Positions 14,050 through 33,780 are shown, counted from the first letter of the stretch. The stretch is 64,000 bases of DNA from Octopus vulgaris (GCA_951406725.2 OX597826.1:54436001-54500000); one strand, 5' to 3'. Notes: generated by a model from the letters alone, not told the origin. A program made the numbers and translations.

Positions 14050-14268
14050 TGTGTCTTTGAGTCTGTGTTTGTCCCCTCATCATCGAGTGGTAATCGGTGT
14101 TGGTGTGTTTACGTCCCCGTAACTTAGCGGTTCGGCTAAAGGGACTGATAGAATAAATATAGGTTTGAGAAAAAGTCCTGGCGTAAATTTCGTCGACTAA
14201 AACCCATCAAGGTGGTGCTCCAGCATGGACGCAGTCGAATAATTGAAACAAGTAAAGGAGCAAAAGTG
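14050..14268 (+). mobile_element. SINE family B 3' half
   Basis: GTGTTTACGTCCCCGTAACTTAGCGGTTCGGC...GGTGGTGCTCCAGCATGG...GAAACAAGTAAA. Confidence 0.85.
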
Positions 14269-14389
14269 CATATGTATTTATGAAGATAATCGGGCGTGTT
14301 TCGTGAGCTAAAATACGCTATGGCACAACAGATTAATTCGCCATTACAGATGTGCCAAGAGAAACGAGTTGTCTCAATATTAACGATGT

Positions 14390-16440
<2,051 letters not shown>

Positions 16441-16573
16441 ATATGCATGTAAACATACAATAACACAAATCCATACGTGTGCAAATACAAGCACTCTTAA
16501 TGCAAACATACATAATTCAATCAAATGACAGGAAGGAAAGGCTCGACAAATTCCACCTGGTTCTCCACAGACA

Positions 16574-16707
16574 TTACCATGCATTGAATGCCTTGTCCCT
16601 TCTCTGCAAGAATTTGCCTAAAGAGTCATCAACGCCATCACCATAAAAGAATCGTTCAGCAAAGAAGGTTCTCGGATACGTGATAGAGCCGAAGACTACG
16701 ACGATCT
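16574..16707 (-). CDS. Candidate coding exon 2 of an unidentified small ORF
   Basis: Strong acceptor (CT)n..CCCTTGCTATTTTCTTAG|; only the phase-1 frame is open (EIVVVFGSITYPRTFFAERFFYGDGVDDSLGKFLQRRDKAFNAW*); no homolog recognised. Confidence 0.22.
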
Positions 16708-16724
16708 CTAAGAAAATAGCAAGG

Positions 16725-16791
<67 letters not shown>

Positions 16792-16845
16792 TGAATGGGA
16801 GAGCGAGATCAAGAGAGAGAGAATACTCACAGCTTATGCTAGTGC

Positions 16846-16856
16846 GTATATAAAAA
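16846..16856 (+). promoter_or_regulatory. Candidate TATA box downstream of a (GA)n tract
   Basis: GTATATAAAAA after (GA)n at about 16724-16821, followed by about 1 kb of repeat-free sequence. Confidence 0.3.
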
Positions 16857-16918
16857 CCAATATAGCTAGACGCTGTCCGTTATTAGTAGATGAATGCAAT
16901 TCGAGAAACACTTCTTAC

Positions 16919-16970
16919 CTACACAGCTTTCTCGCGGTTTCCGAACCAGTCCCTGTTTTCTGGACGTCAT
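16919..16970 (-). CDS. Candidate first coding exon (MTSRKQGLVRKPRESCV)
   Basis: GGCGATGA start context and consensus donor AG|GTAAGA, phase-compatible with the acceptor at 16707. Confidence 0.22.
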
Positions 16971-17959
16971 CGCCTTAGAGACCTAACAACGCAACCGAAA
17001 ACATACAAGTTACCCTACGACCGTAGAGATAACTTGCAATTTAATATCCATCCGAATTGAAATTCTTTTGGACTGAGAGTTTATGCCTTTAAAATAGTTT
17101 CAACCAGCACACATACTCCTTCAGCTTCTGTGGCAAAATTAACATCAATTCTTTATCACAATACATGTAGAAACCTAAGAATATTGAAAACACAATCTGC
17201 ACCATAATAAATATTACACCGCAGCAGGCTAATATATTAGTCACATTGGAGAAATTTTACACCTGTTTCCAAGAAACACGGTCACCGTAGAAAGGGGTTG
17301 GTGACGCAAGGATTCAGCAACTATAAACAAAAAGCAACATTTTAAAACGATTTCAAATTCAAACATTCCAGAAACGTCTTAACTTCAATCATAGAAACCA
17401 CGTCTGTTAAGTTACGGCAAACTTCTCGATAGACAATAACGGTACACTCACTGCGCCACTAGAGGTATCTATAAGCTTAATGTCTAACATCTACCAGCCA
17501 ATAAATTTCAGGAAATGCAATCCATTCATATTTCTCTTTTTCTTTATTAACTCCGAAACAGCTTGAGTGAAGGAGCACAAGTGTAACACTCCGTGTATCG
17601 ACAGATTAATCCAACATTTCTAACTATGTTAACATACTGGTTGCAAGAAAAGGCCAAGGACTTAATACATGCAGGAATAACTTCATGTGTTTTCTTGTGT
17701 TTTTGGTTTTGGTGTTCTTGAGCGGCCATAGGCGAGCTCTAATCAAGATGAGCTATTGTTCGTGTAGTATAGGCTGTCCAGTTTAGAATAGCGGAGCATA
17801 TTCCGTACAATACATACCAGGGCCAGGATGGGAACTTAGTTCTCAAAATATGTTTGCGGTGGATTAGAACTAAAATACATGGAGAGGGATTGTTAAAAAG
17901 GATATCTCTGATGCTATTTCATATCTACAGAAAGACACAAATATATACATATCTGTCTC

Positions 17960-17966
17960 TCTCTCC

Positions 17967-18049
<83 letters not shown>

Positions 18050-18050
18050 G

Positions 18051-18085
<35 letters not shown>

Positions 18086-18413
18086 ACTCTATCTATGCAC
18101 ACACACACATACCCATAGCTTCCCTCCACATATATAACCACATACTAAGAATTACAGATATGCACATAAACCGATACCTACAGACAGACACAAGCATACA
18201 CATACATACATACATATATATATATATGCTTATATATATTTATGTATACATATATGGATATAATTATATACATTTGCATATACAAATATTGACACATGTA
18301 CACATATATATATATAAATATATATGTATTTATATATATATACATATATATATACATACATATATTACATATATACATAAATGCATACACACACATCCAT
18401 CCATAATACATAA

Positions 18414-18480
<67 letters not shown>

Positions 18481-18873
18481 CGTGTTTATCTGCCAGCTCA
18501 TATTTACTCAGATTAACATACACATAAAAACACAAAAACACCTACGTATATCCCACTCGTGCGAACACACCGACACTTACTCATGCGTACACACACACAC
18601 ATACATCTCCCATCACACACACACACACACACCTACTCATTCTGATGCGTGCTTGCGGACACCACTCTCCTCCTACATTTCTCCAATCAACCGTGAAACC
18701 AACGAAGCCTCAATTTCTCTTGAATGATGTAATTTCTGCGTTATTCGATGGGAATTAACCAATTCAATCAACTAAATTCCAGTGCGGTTTCAGGGCCAGT
18801 TTGGCTCATGGTTGCAGCAGAATTATTCCCCCGTATTTGACACACACACACACGCACACACACATACACACAA

Positions 18874-18904
<31 letters not shown>

Positions 18905-18971
18905 CACGCACGCACACAGACACACACACACGCACGCACACACACATATAGACACGCACACACACATATAG

Positions 18972-19009
<38 letters not shown>

Positions 19010-19145
19010 ACACACGTACACACACACACGCACGCACACATACACACACAGACACACAAAGACACACACAGGCACGCACACGCACACATACACACACGCA
19101 CACACACACACACACACACACTCGCAGACACGCACACACGCACAC

Positions 19146-19191
<46 letters not shown>

Positions 19192-19845
19192 ACACACGAG
19201 ATGTCCAATATTTCACAGAAATATATGCGTTTCATGTGGAAAAACGCCAAACCACGCCAAACTAACACCAGACCACAATAAGCCGATTCCTGCACATATT
19301 TATTTTCTCTTTCACGTCTCTTTCTCGTCTCTTTCCGTCTCTTTCCGTCTCTTTCCGTCTCTTTCTCTTGTTTGTTTGTGATTAACACTAATGAAATTAC
19401 AAGAGTCGCCCCTCCCCTTCTAAATTGGTGTGAAATAATGGCGTGTAATAATGTTGGAATAATAGCGATTGGAAGCGACGGCGTATTAGTAACGATTCAA
19501 TGGTAGATTCAGTAATGTAGTATTGTCTACACTAAATAGATTGTTGTACCGACCAATTACTATAAAAGTACGTACACAGCCAGCTTATCGCTGCGGTATA
19601 TAACCATATTTATTATAGTCATTGTGGTTATTGCTGTAGTTTTAGCTATAACTATACTGATGTTTGTGACATCAAGCTATGTATGAGTGCTTGTGTGTGT
19701 ATGTATGTGTGTTTGTGTGCGTGTATTTATATGCATTTATGAACGTATATATATGTGTATGTATATATATATATATGTGTATATATATTTTACGTATCTA
19801 TTTATATAAATGCAAGCACATACATACACATACACATACACACAT

Positions 19846-19877
<32 letters not shown>

Positions 19878-20024
19878 GCATATATATATGCATATACATT
19901 TACAATGTTATATATTTCCTTATCACATTTTCTCCGCCCTCTCCTCGTCTTTCTCCCTCGTTACATCCATACGCGTGCGCGTGTGTATGTGTGCATATGT
20001 GCGTGTTTTGTTTATATATATATA

Positions 20025-20067
<43 letters not shown>

Positions 20068-20168
20068 TAAATATACATATTTATGTATGTATATGTATAT
20101 ATATATGTATATATATATATACATAGGTATATATGTATATATATATATATACATATGTATATATATAT

Positions 20169-20242
<74 letters not shown>

Positions 20243-20302
20243 AAGTATTGCTGAATATTGGTACCTTTCTATCTGTATATGTAAGTATATTATGTATGTG
20301 TG

Positions 20303-20358
<56 letters not shown>

Positions 20359-20371
20359 TATATACATACAT

Positions 20372-20425
<54 letters not shown>

Positions 20426-20708
20426 AATATATATATTTATATAAATATATATATTTACGTGCGTGTATTTATGTACGCATGTATATCTCTATGTATATAC
20501 GTATGTTCACACGCATATAGATGCACATAAACACACAGATATACACATATAAATGAGTATTATTGTATATTATATATTAATGTATTTAAATAAATGTATC
20601 TTTGAAATGCTTTATCTATTTATAAAGTCTTGATATAACTATTATAGTGTCTGTCCATTTTGTCTGAGTGTACAAAATCTATCTTTCTTTTTATCTGTCT
20701 AGCTATCG

Positions 20709-20745
<37 letters not shown>

Positions 20746-20917
20746 CGTGCGTGTGTAATTGTGCCATTCTAATAGTATGTGTATTCGTTTGTCGTCCTAT
20801 ACATGCATATGAATATATACGTATATGTATTAATGTATATATATAAATATATTTATGTATGGACGTACGTAAGTGTGTATCTATGTATGATTGTTTATAT
20901 GCATGTATGTATGTATG

Positions 20918-20951
<34 letters not shown>

Positions 20952-21057
20952 TGTATGTATGTATGTATGTATGTATTTATGTATGTATGTATGTATTTAT
21001 GTATGTATGTATGTATATATGTATGTATGTATGTATATATGTATGTATGTATGTATG

Positions 21058-21091
<34 letters not shown>

Positions 21092-21169
21092 TGTATGTAT
21101 GTATGTATGTATATATGTATGTATGTATATATGTATGTATGTATATATGTATGTATGCGTGTCTGTATG

Positions 21170-21203
<34 letters not shown>

Positions 21204-21241
21204 TGTATTTATGTGTGTATGTATGTATGTATGTATGTATG

Positions 21242-21303
<62 letters not shown>

Positions 21304-21528
21304 TGTATGTATATATATATATATGTATATACCTCTGTGTATCTGTCTGTCTGATTGTTTTTCTGATTGTCTATCTATATATTTATCTATCTGTCTGTCT
21401 GTCTATCTATCTATCCATCTATCTGTCTCTCTGTCTGTCAGTCTCTCTGACTGTATGACTGTCTATTTGTCTATGTATACATCAATATGTCTATCTGTTC
21501 GTCTCCCTGTCTGTCTGTCTGTTTGTCT

Positions 21529-21576
<48 letters not shown>

Positions 21577-21580
21577 GTCA

Positions 21581-21664
<84 letters not shown>

Positions 21665-22248
21665 CTCTCTCTATATATATACCTGTCACTCTGTCAGCCT
21701 GCTTGTCTGTCTATCTGTCTGCCTCTTTGTATGTCTTTTTTTTCTCTCTCTCTCTCCTCACATTCCTTGCTCCCTCCTGCTCTCTCTTGTACTCTCTCTG
21801 TATCTGTTACATCTGTGTAACGCTCGTAAAATGGTTGTCGTGCTATTATGATGCGCCGGGTGGGATTATTATCAAGAGAGTGCACTTTTTTGTAACAGCA
21901 ATGATGACGGCGGTGGTGATGACGACAACGACGACGACGGCGATGATGATGATAATGAGGAGGAGGAGGAGGAAGAGGAAGATGACGTGTTGACGGTGGC
22001 TGAGACAGCTATGACGGTGCGGCTGCAGGAAGAGTACTTGTATTATAGTGGTAGTTTTTGACTAATAATGGCTTTAGTGCTGATTGTTCTTCCTTCGTCT
22101 TGAGTGTATGGAAACTGTGTGCGTAGATGTTGACGGCTAGACACAATGAGTATATGATAACTGTGTAGACAGTGTCTACATCCATGCATCACACGCACAA
22201 ACACAGACGCACGTGCACACACACACACACACAAACATACGTAAGTAC

Positions 22249-22279
<31 letters not shown>

Positions 22280-22329
22280 TGTATGTATGCATGTATGTAT
22301 GTATTTATGTATGTATGTATGTATGTATG

Positions 22330-22416
<87 letters not shown>

Positions 22417-22426
22417 GTATCTATCT
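17960..22426. repeat. Microsatellite-dominated block (TATC, TA, CA, TATG, ATCA) with short unique islands
   Basis: Directly visible. Confidence 0.9.
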
Positions 22427-22581
22427 GTGGAGGCACATGGCCTAGTGGTTAGGGCAGCGAGTTCGCGGTCGAGGGATCGCGGGTTCGAATCTCAGACCGG
22501 GCGATGTGTGTGTTTATGAGCGAAAACTCCTGAGCTCCACGCGGCTCCGGCAGAAGGTAATGGCGAACTTCTGCTGACTCT
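22427..22581 (+). mobile_element. SINE family C, 5' portion
   Basis: A box TGGCCTAGTGG, B box GGTTCGAATC; similar to 37741. Confidence 0.85.
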
Positions 22582-23039
22582 GACTTAATTTGTACATATT
22601 GACTTGACAGGTATTGTGTATATACATCTTTGACAGGTATTGAGCATATATATATATTTGACGTGTTCAATGGATGTCAATATTGTGTAATAGATTGACA
22701 GGATAATTTGTAGATGTTGGTTGGACAAATACGTTGTTGATTTTGACAGCTTACACAGAGAGCAGATAATGACAGGAAAGATACCTAATGTGCTTTTTAT
22801 TGAATTTTATTGAATGGAGATAGTGTAGTTGCACAGTGGTTAAACATATTGTGTAAATATTGACTGGATAGAGACAGCGCGTAGATGTGAATTGGTCACA
22901 CAGCACTTAGATGTTGACAGGAAATCCGCAGTGAGATATCAAATGGATAAACATCGTGTGATAATATTGAATCAATATACATGACAATGGTTTCAGCGAA
23001 TAAATTCATACACATGCATCATACACATACATACATCAC

Positions 23040-23430
23040 ATCAGACTAGGTGAAAAACATCACACTGAAAATACACACCGCACCACAGTGAATACCACAC
23101 CATTACATCGTAATGAAGACCACAGCATCACACACAATAAAGACCACGACATCAGAGATAATGAAAATCATATCTCACGCAATGAAGATTACACTATCAC
23201 ACCATAATGAAGTCCACAATGTCACACAAAAAATCACATCTCATGCAAGGAAGATCACATCACAAATAATGAAAATCACATCACTCTACGATGAAGATCA
23301 CATTACACAAATTAAAGATCACGGCATCAAAACACAATGAAGACCACAACATCACACCAGATTACACCGTGTCACATTTTACTATACCATCGTACTACAC
23401 CACACCGAATCCGACTAAACATCACAACAT
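23040..23430 (+). repeat. Degenerate minisatellite (ATGAAGATCACATCACAC-like units)
   Basis: About ten recurrences of ATGAAGA(C/T)CAC at roughly 20-25 bp spacing. Confidence 0.7.
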
Positions 23431-23859
23431 CACATTTTATTTATCCTCAATGTCGGACTGTCGGACTCCAGGACAATTTTCAAATCCCGCCGATGTCAAC
23501 TTTACCTTTCATCATTGACTTACAGTAAAACTTAGTACCAGTCACATACTGGGGACCGACGTCTTCAACTTATTCCCCCCACTCCTCAAAACTACTTACC
23601 CACTTCTTGAGCCAACATTTCGAAAGCATTTGAAAGCATTTTACCTACACATTGCAGTACGAACTTCATAACATTACAAGCATCTACGCATTGCCAAAGT
23701 GCATTGCTTTCTACCAGAAGGCATCACAACATGACATAATGAATTCCATAACAAAACATCACACAACAACGCACTGCAGGACGCCAACACACCGTCAACA
23801 ACGGTAAATGTCAACTTAATGTCACACTTACCCCCACACGACACGAAGCACCGCCACCT

Positions 23860-29655
<5,796 letters not shown>

Positions 29656-29659
29656 TCAA

Positions 29660-29895
29660 ATTTTTCCACAAGGGCAGCCATTTTGGGGGAGGGGATGAGG
29701 CGATTCCATCGATCCCAGTGTTTCACTGGTACTTAATTTATCGACCCCGAAAGGATGAAAGACAAAGTCGACCTCGGTGGAATTTGAACTCAGAACGTAG
29801 CGACGGGCGAAATACCTATTTCTTTACTACCCACAAGGGGCTAAACACAGAGAGGACAAACAAGGACAGACAAACGGATTAAGTCGATTACATCG
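29660..29895 (-). mobile_element. SINE family A, dimeric 3' portion
   Basis: Spacer ending AAGAAATAGG runs into a second core and a distinct tail. Confidence 0.85.
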
Positions 29896-30012
29896 CATAT
29901 TGTGTAAAGTACTGTCTGTCTGAGTTCCTTGTTACTTGACAATCAGACAAACCTCCGGTAGACGCAATATCTTCAATCAACAACGTCACGAGATTATATA
30001 ACTGTACGACGT

Positions 30013-30230
30013 CTATAATAGTAATACAGTTCTATATTTAAGAGATGAGGAATTATGTACATTATTTACATTATTTACAATTGACGGATATTTGTCCTCA
30101 TCTTGTTTGTTGTTAACACAACGTTTCGGCTGATATACCCTCCAGCCTTCATCAGGTGTCTTGGGAAATTTCGAACCTAGGTTCTCATTCCTAAGGGTAT
30201 CTTTCGATGTTATTGTTGTCGTTGTTGTTG

Positions 30231-30295
<65 letters not shown>

Positions 30296-30308
30296 ATTAT
30301 CATCATCA

Positions 30309-30360
<52 letters not shown>
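30013..30360 (-). mobile_element. 3' half of tRNA-head/hammerhead element, copy 1: (AAT/AAC)n linker plus HHR tail
   Basis: Reverse complement aligns with 47345-47530. Confidence 0.85.
30115..30161 (-). ncRNA. Minimal type I hammerhead ribozyme, intact core
   Basis: AGACAC-CTGATGA-A-GGCTG gagggtatat CAGCC-GAAAC-GTT-GTGTT: stem I ACAC/GTGT, 5-bp stem II, palindromic AACGTT. Confidence 0.82.
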
Positions 30361-30362
<2 letters not shown>

Positions 30363-30534
30363 TATGTTTGACTTTTGCTTTATATTTGTACAAGTTGGCT
30401 CCAAGTCTCACCCAGAGACCTCAAGAGACAACAGGGTTGGAAGTTCATGTTGTTGTTATGCCTAGTGTGCCATATATTTGGGGGTGGGGATGTTGTACTA
30501 ATGAATGTCTAAAAATAAAAAAAAAAAAAAAAAG

Positions 30535-30569
<35 letters not shown>

Positions 30570-32233
30570 CGAAAATTATGTTTGTTTTAAACCTTGAGAT
30601 TACATAGAGAGTATTTTGCGTAGGATATGAGCAGTTCCCATGAGCACTATCTTTTGAACTTCTGCCATTTTTGGGTTTCCTGGTATCTGAGTTAGGTAGC
30701 TATCAGCCCCTTTTGCTATCATTCCCAGGGCACCTATGACAACAGGTATTGTTTTAGTCTTCAGCTTCCACATTTTGCTGATTTCTATTTCAAGATCTTT
30801 ATATTTGCTCAGTTTTTGGTAGGTCTTGACAGATACGTTTATATCGATTGGGACAGTCATATCAATGAGGAGGCATGTTCTTTGTTTGAAGTTTTTCAAT
30901 ATGATGTCTGGCCTATTTGCATCTATATTCCTGTCAGTTTGAATGGTGAAGTTCCAGAGGAGTGAGATGTGGTCATTTTCAAGCACTGGGGGTGGTTTGT
31001 GTTCCCACCAGTTTTTTTCATGGGGCAAATCCAGGTTTTTACAGATTACCCAGTGAATATATTGTGCAGCTCTATCGTGCCTGTTGAGATACTCTGTAGG
31101 CGCTAGAAGACTGCACTTGGAGACCACATGGTCAATGGTTTCATTTTGTTGCTTGCATACACGACACGTTGGACTGCTTCTGATCTTTAATATGTTGGCC
31201 TGGTAGTTTCTTGTTGGTAGGCATTGATCTTGAGCTGCTATGATAAACCCCTCTGTTTCAGATTTTAAGCCAGAGGCCATTAGCCATTGATGGGTCAGGG
31301 CTTTGTCGATATCTGCATTATTCGCTCTCTTTGGGTATTTGCCATAGAGAGGTTTTTCTTGCCATTTATTATTCAGAATATCTAAGGCCGCAGTTTTGGC
31401 ACGGGTTTTCATGCGCCTAGCTTTTTCTGTGCTTGTTTCTTGTATATCTATCTCCGAAATTGGTTGTATTCGGAATTCACTTAGATATTCCTTTGCCTGT
31501 TTTGTGACTGAGTATGATGCTTTCTTGTTTTCATGTTTTGAGACAAGTTTTAGCATCCAGTCCTCAGAGTTTTTCAGGTAGGTGTCTAGGCCAATTGTAG
31601 CAATCTTCATTGTTATTGCCAGTTGCAAAAGACCACGGCCTCCTCTTTTCTTGGCAGATAGAGTCGTTCTGTATCTGCCTTAGGGTGGTGCATTCTATGC
31701 ATTGTCAACAGTTTCCTTATTTTTCTGTCGAGCTGACATATTTCAGTAATTGACCAGTTAACAATATTGAAACTGTAAGTCACGACTGGTATAGCTAATG
31801 CATTGATTGCTTCGATCCTGTTTCTTGCATTCAGCTCTGTTTTGAGTATTGCTCTCACTCTTCGATAGCATTCTCTCCTGATCCTTTCCTTCATCTCTGA
31901 ATGCCTTATTCCGTTCCCTTCAATTATCCCTAGGTACTTGTAGCTCTCCGCTGGGTCTAGTTCTTTTATGACATTCTGTTGGTCAAGGTTAACGTTAGAT
32001 GTTTCTGTCATTTTTTCCTTTGATAAAGGTAGCCTTTGCACATTTATCGAGGCCGAATTGCATTCTGATGTCGTCACTGAATTGTTTGACTATCGCTAGT
32101 AAGCCCTTGAGTTGTTGATCATTTTTTGCAAAAGCTTTAAATCATCCATGTAAACGAGATGATTTATATTTTTATCAAACATTTTATACCCGTACTGCGC
32201 GTCATTGAGCAGCTTTGAGAGAGGTATTAAGGA
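30361..32233 (-). mobile_element. 5'-truncated R4/Dong-clade non-LTR retrotransposon inserted in (TAA)n
   Basis: RT HLVYMDDLKL (about 32135-32162), thumb YKYLGI, CCHC knuckle CRVC..ETIDHVVSKC, RHD and RPD..D..K..KY restriction-like endonuclease motifs; (TAA)n on both flanks. Confidence 0.93.
30600..32233 (-). pseudogene. Partial Dong RT-RLE ORF; C-terminal 342 codons uninterrupted, three frameshifts upstream
   Basis: ORFs 30600-31628 and 31613-32077 plus manual translation to LIPLSKLLNDAQYGY. Confidence 0.88.
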
Positions 32234-32236
32234 TAA

Positions 32237-32384
32237 TATTATTATTATTATTATCATTATTATCATTATTATTATTGTTATTCAGGTCACTGCCTGGAAC
32301 CGAACTCGGAATGTTGGGGTTAGTAGCTCGCGCTCTTAACCACTACGCCATATGTCCGTGGGCATATGACGTAGTGGTTAAGAG
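32237..32384 (-). mobile_element. 5' half of tRNA-head/hammerhead element, copy 1, with 25-bp fold-back head
   Basis: Minus strand A box TGGCGTAGTGG and B-box-like GTTCGGTTCC match 47269-47345; arms 32333-32357 and 32360-32384. Confidence 0.85.
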
Positions 32385-32542
32385 GAGGCAGTTGATTAGA
32401 TCGACCCCAGTGTTCAACAGGTACTTATTTTATCGATCCCGAAAGGATGAAAGACAAAGTGGACCTCTGCGGAACGTAAAGACGGACGAAATACCGCCAA
32501 ACATTTCGTTCGACGTGGTAACGATTTTGCCAGCTCGCCCCC

Positions 32543-32545
<3 letters not shown>
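32385..32545 (-). mobile_element. SINE family A, diverged
   Basis: GGTACTTATTTTATCGATCCCGAAAGGATGAAAG core. Confidence 0.75.
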
Positions 32546-32590
<45 letters not shown>

Positions 32591-32592
32591 TG

Positions 32593-32712
32593 GCTTACGG
32601 CCATATCACGTTGAAAGCGCCGGTTCTCGTTCGATCACCGAAGTTAAGCAACATCGAGCCTAGTTAGTACTTAGATGGGTGACCGCTTGGGAACCCTAGG
32701 TGCTGTAAGCAT
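32593..32712 (+). rRNA. 5S: Full-length 5S rRNA copy, solitary and probably retroposed
   Basis: GCTTACGGCCATATCACG...GATCACCGAAGTTAAGC...GTTAGTACTTAGATGGGTGACCGCTTGGGAA...GGTGCTGTAAGC; terminal helix pairs; no TTTT terminator. Confidence 0.92.
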
Positions 32713-32722
32713 TAAGAAAAAA

Positions 32723-32790
32723 GGGCGGTGCCCCAGCATGGCCTCAGCCGGATGGCTGAAACAAGTAAAAGAGTAAAAGAGTAAAAGAGT
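32723..32790 (+). mobile_element. LINE-derived 3' tail fused to the 5S copy
   Basis: GGCGGTGCCCCAGCATGGCC..GCTGAAACAA followed by GTAAAAGA repeats; same tail as SINE B and the LINE end at 40517-40557. Confidence 0.85.
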
Positions 32791-32809
32791 AATAAACTTT
32801 TCTTTATTT

Positions 32810-33145
32810 CTACTCTAGGCACAAAGCCCGAAATTTTGGGGGAGGTGACAGTCGATTTTATCAACCCCAGTACGCAACTGGTACTTAATCTATCGACCCG
32901 AAGGGATGAAAGGCAAAGTCGACCTCGGCTAACGATAGTAACAATAATCCTTTCTGCTATTGGCACAAGACCTGAAATTTGGTGTAGTGGTTAAGTCGAT
33001 TAGATCGATCCTAGTGCTACATGGTATTAATTTTATCGACCTCAAAAGGATGAAAGACAAAGTTGTCCTAGGCAATATTTGAACTCAAAACATAAAGACA
33101 AACGAAATGCCGCTACGCTTTTTGTCTGTCAGCTCGCCGCCTTCT
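32810..33145 (-). mobile_element. Tandem SINE family A fragments
   Basis: Two Meta-like cores with tails. Confidence 0.75.
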
Positions 33146-33174
33146 CCAATAATAATGATGATGATGGCAGAAAT

Positions 33175-33642
33175 CAAGAGTGTTAGAGAATGATAAATTT
33201 AAGCTTTTATGGTACCTCACTATTCAATGTGATAGTATGAGTGATACCAGAAGACCAGGCATTGTAGAAAAGAAAGAAAAGGATTCCCAAATTATCTATA
33301 TATCTCTCTCAGGAGAAAGTACAGTGAAAAATAAAGAGTAGGAAAAGATGGAGAAGCATGAGCCACAAAAGGAGGAAGTTGGAATGTTGTAGGGGATGGA
33401 GAAGGTTTTAGTGATTCCAGCGATGATCGGTACATTGGGTTGCATATTGGACAGTTTCCAAAGATTGATGCAGGTCTTCTCGGTACAGCAAGAATTTTAA
33501 GGATAGTCTTGTCTCTGTAAGGCACAGGGGAGGAAGCTGCAAAGGACCTTTGTCAATTTGTTGACTGAGCCTTTACTGAAATGTCCAACTCGTTTATCAT
33601 CTAAATGTCAGAGATTTACAAAAGTGAAACAATAATAATAAT
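33175..33642 (+). mobile_element. Older R4/Dong-clade relic (RLE domain and 3' end)
   Basis: RVLENDKFKLLWYLTIQCD...RRPGIV...VIPAMIGTLG...LLGTARILR, with stops; ends in AATAATAAT. Confidence 0.85.
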
Positions 33643-33644
33643 GG

Positions 33645-33780
33645 TTTCAAGTTTTGGTACGAACCCAGCAATTTCGGAAGCGGTGGCAAGTCGATTACTT
33701 TGACCCCAGTGTTCAACTGGTACTTATTATGTAGATCCTGAAAGGATGAAAAAAAAATCGACCTCGGCGGAATTTGAACT
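33645..33780 (-). mobile_element. SINE family A fragment
   Basis: Core and B-box similarity to other copies. Confidence 0.7.

Noticed and set aside
23040-23430. CRISPR-like repeat-spacer pattern
   Set aside because: Eukaryotic context, degenerate units without unique spacers, no cas genes
30510-30567. Poly-A / GGG / poly-T hairpin as a terminator
   Set aside because: Homopolymer expansion inside the Dong 3' UTR; intrinsic terminators do not apply here
32593-32712. Member of a functional 5S rDNA array
   Set aside because: Solitary, no oligo-T terminator, fused to a retroposon tail
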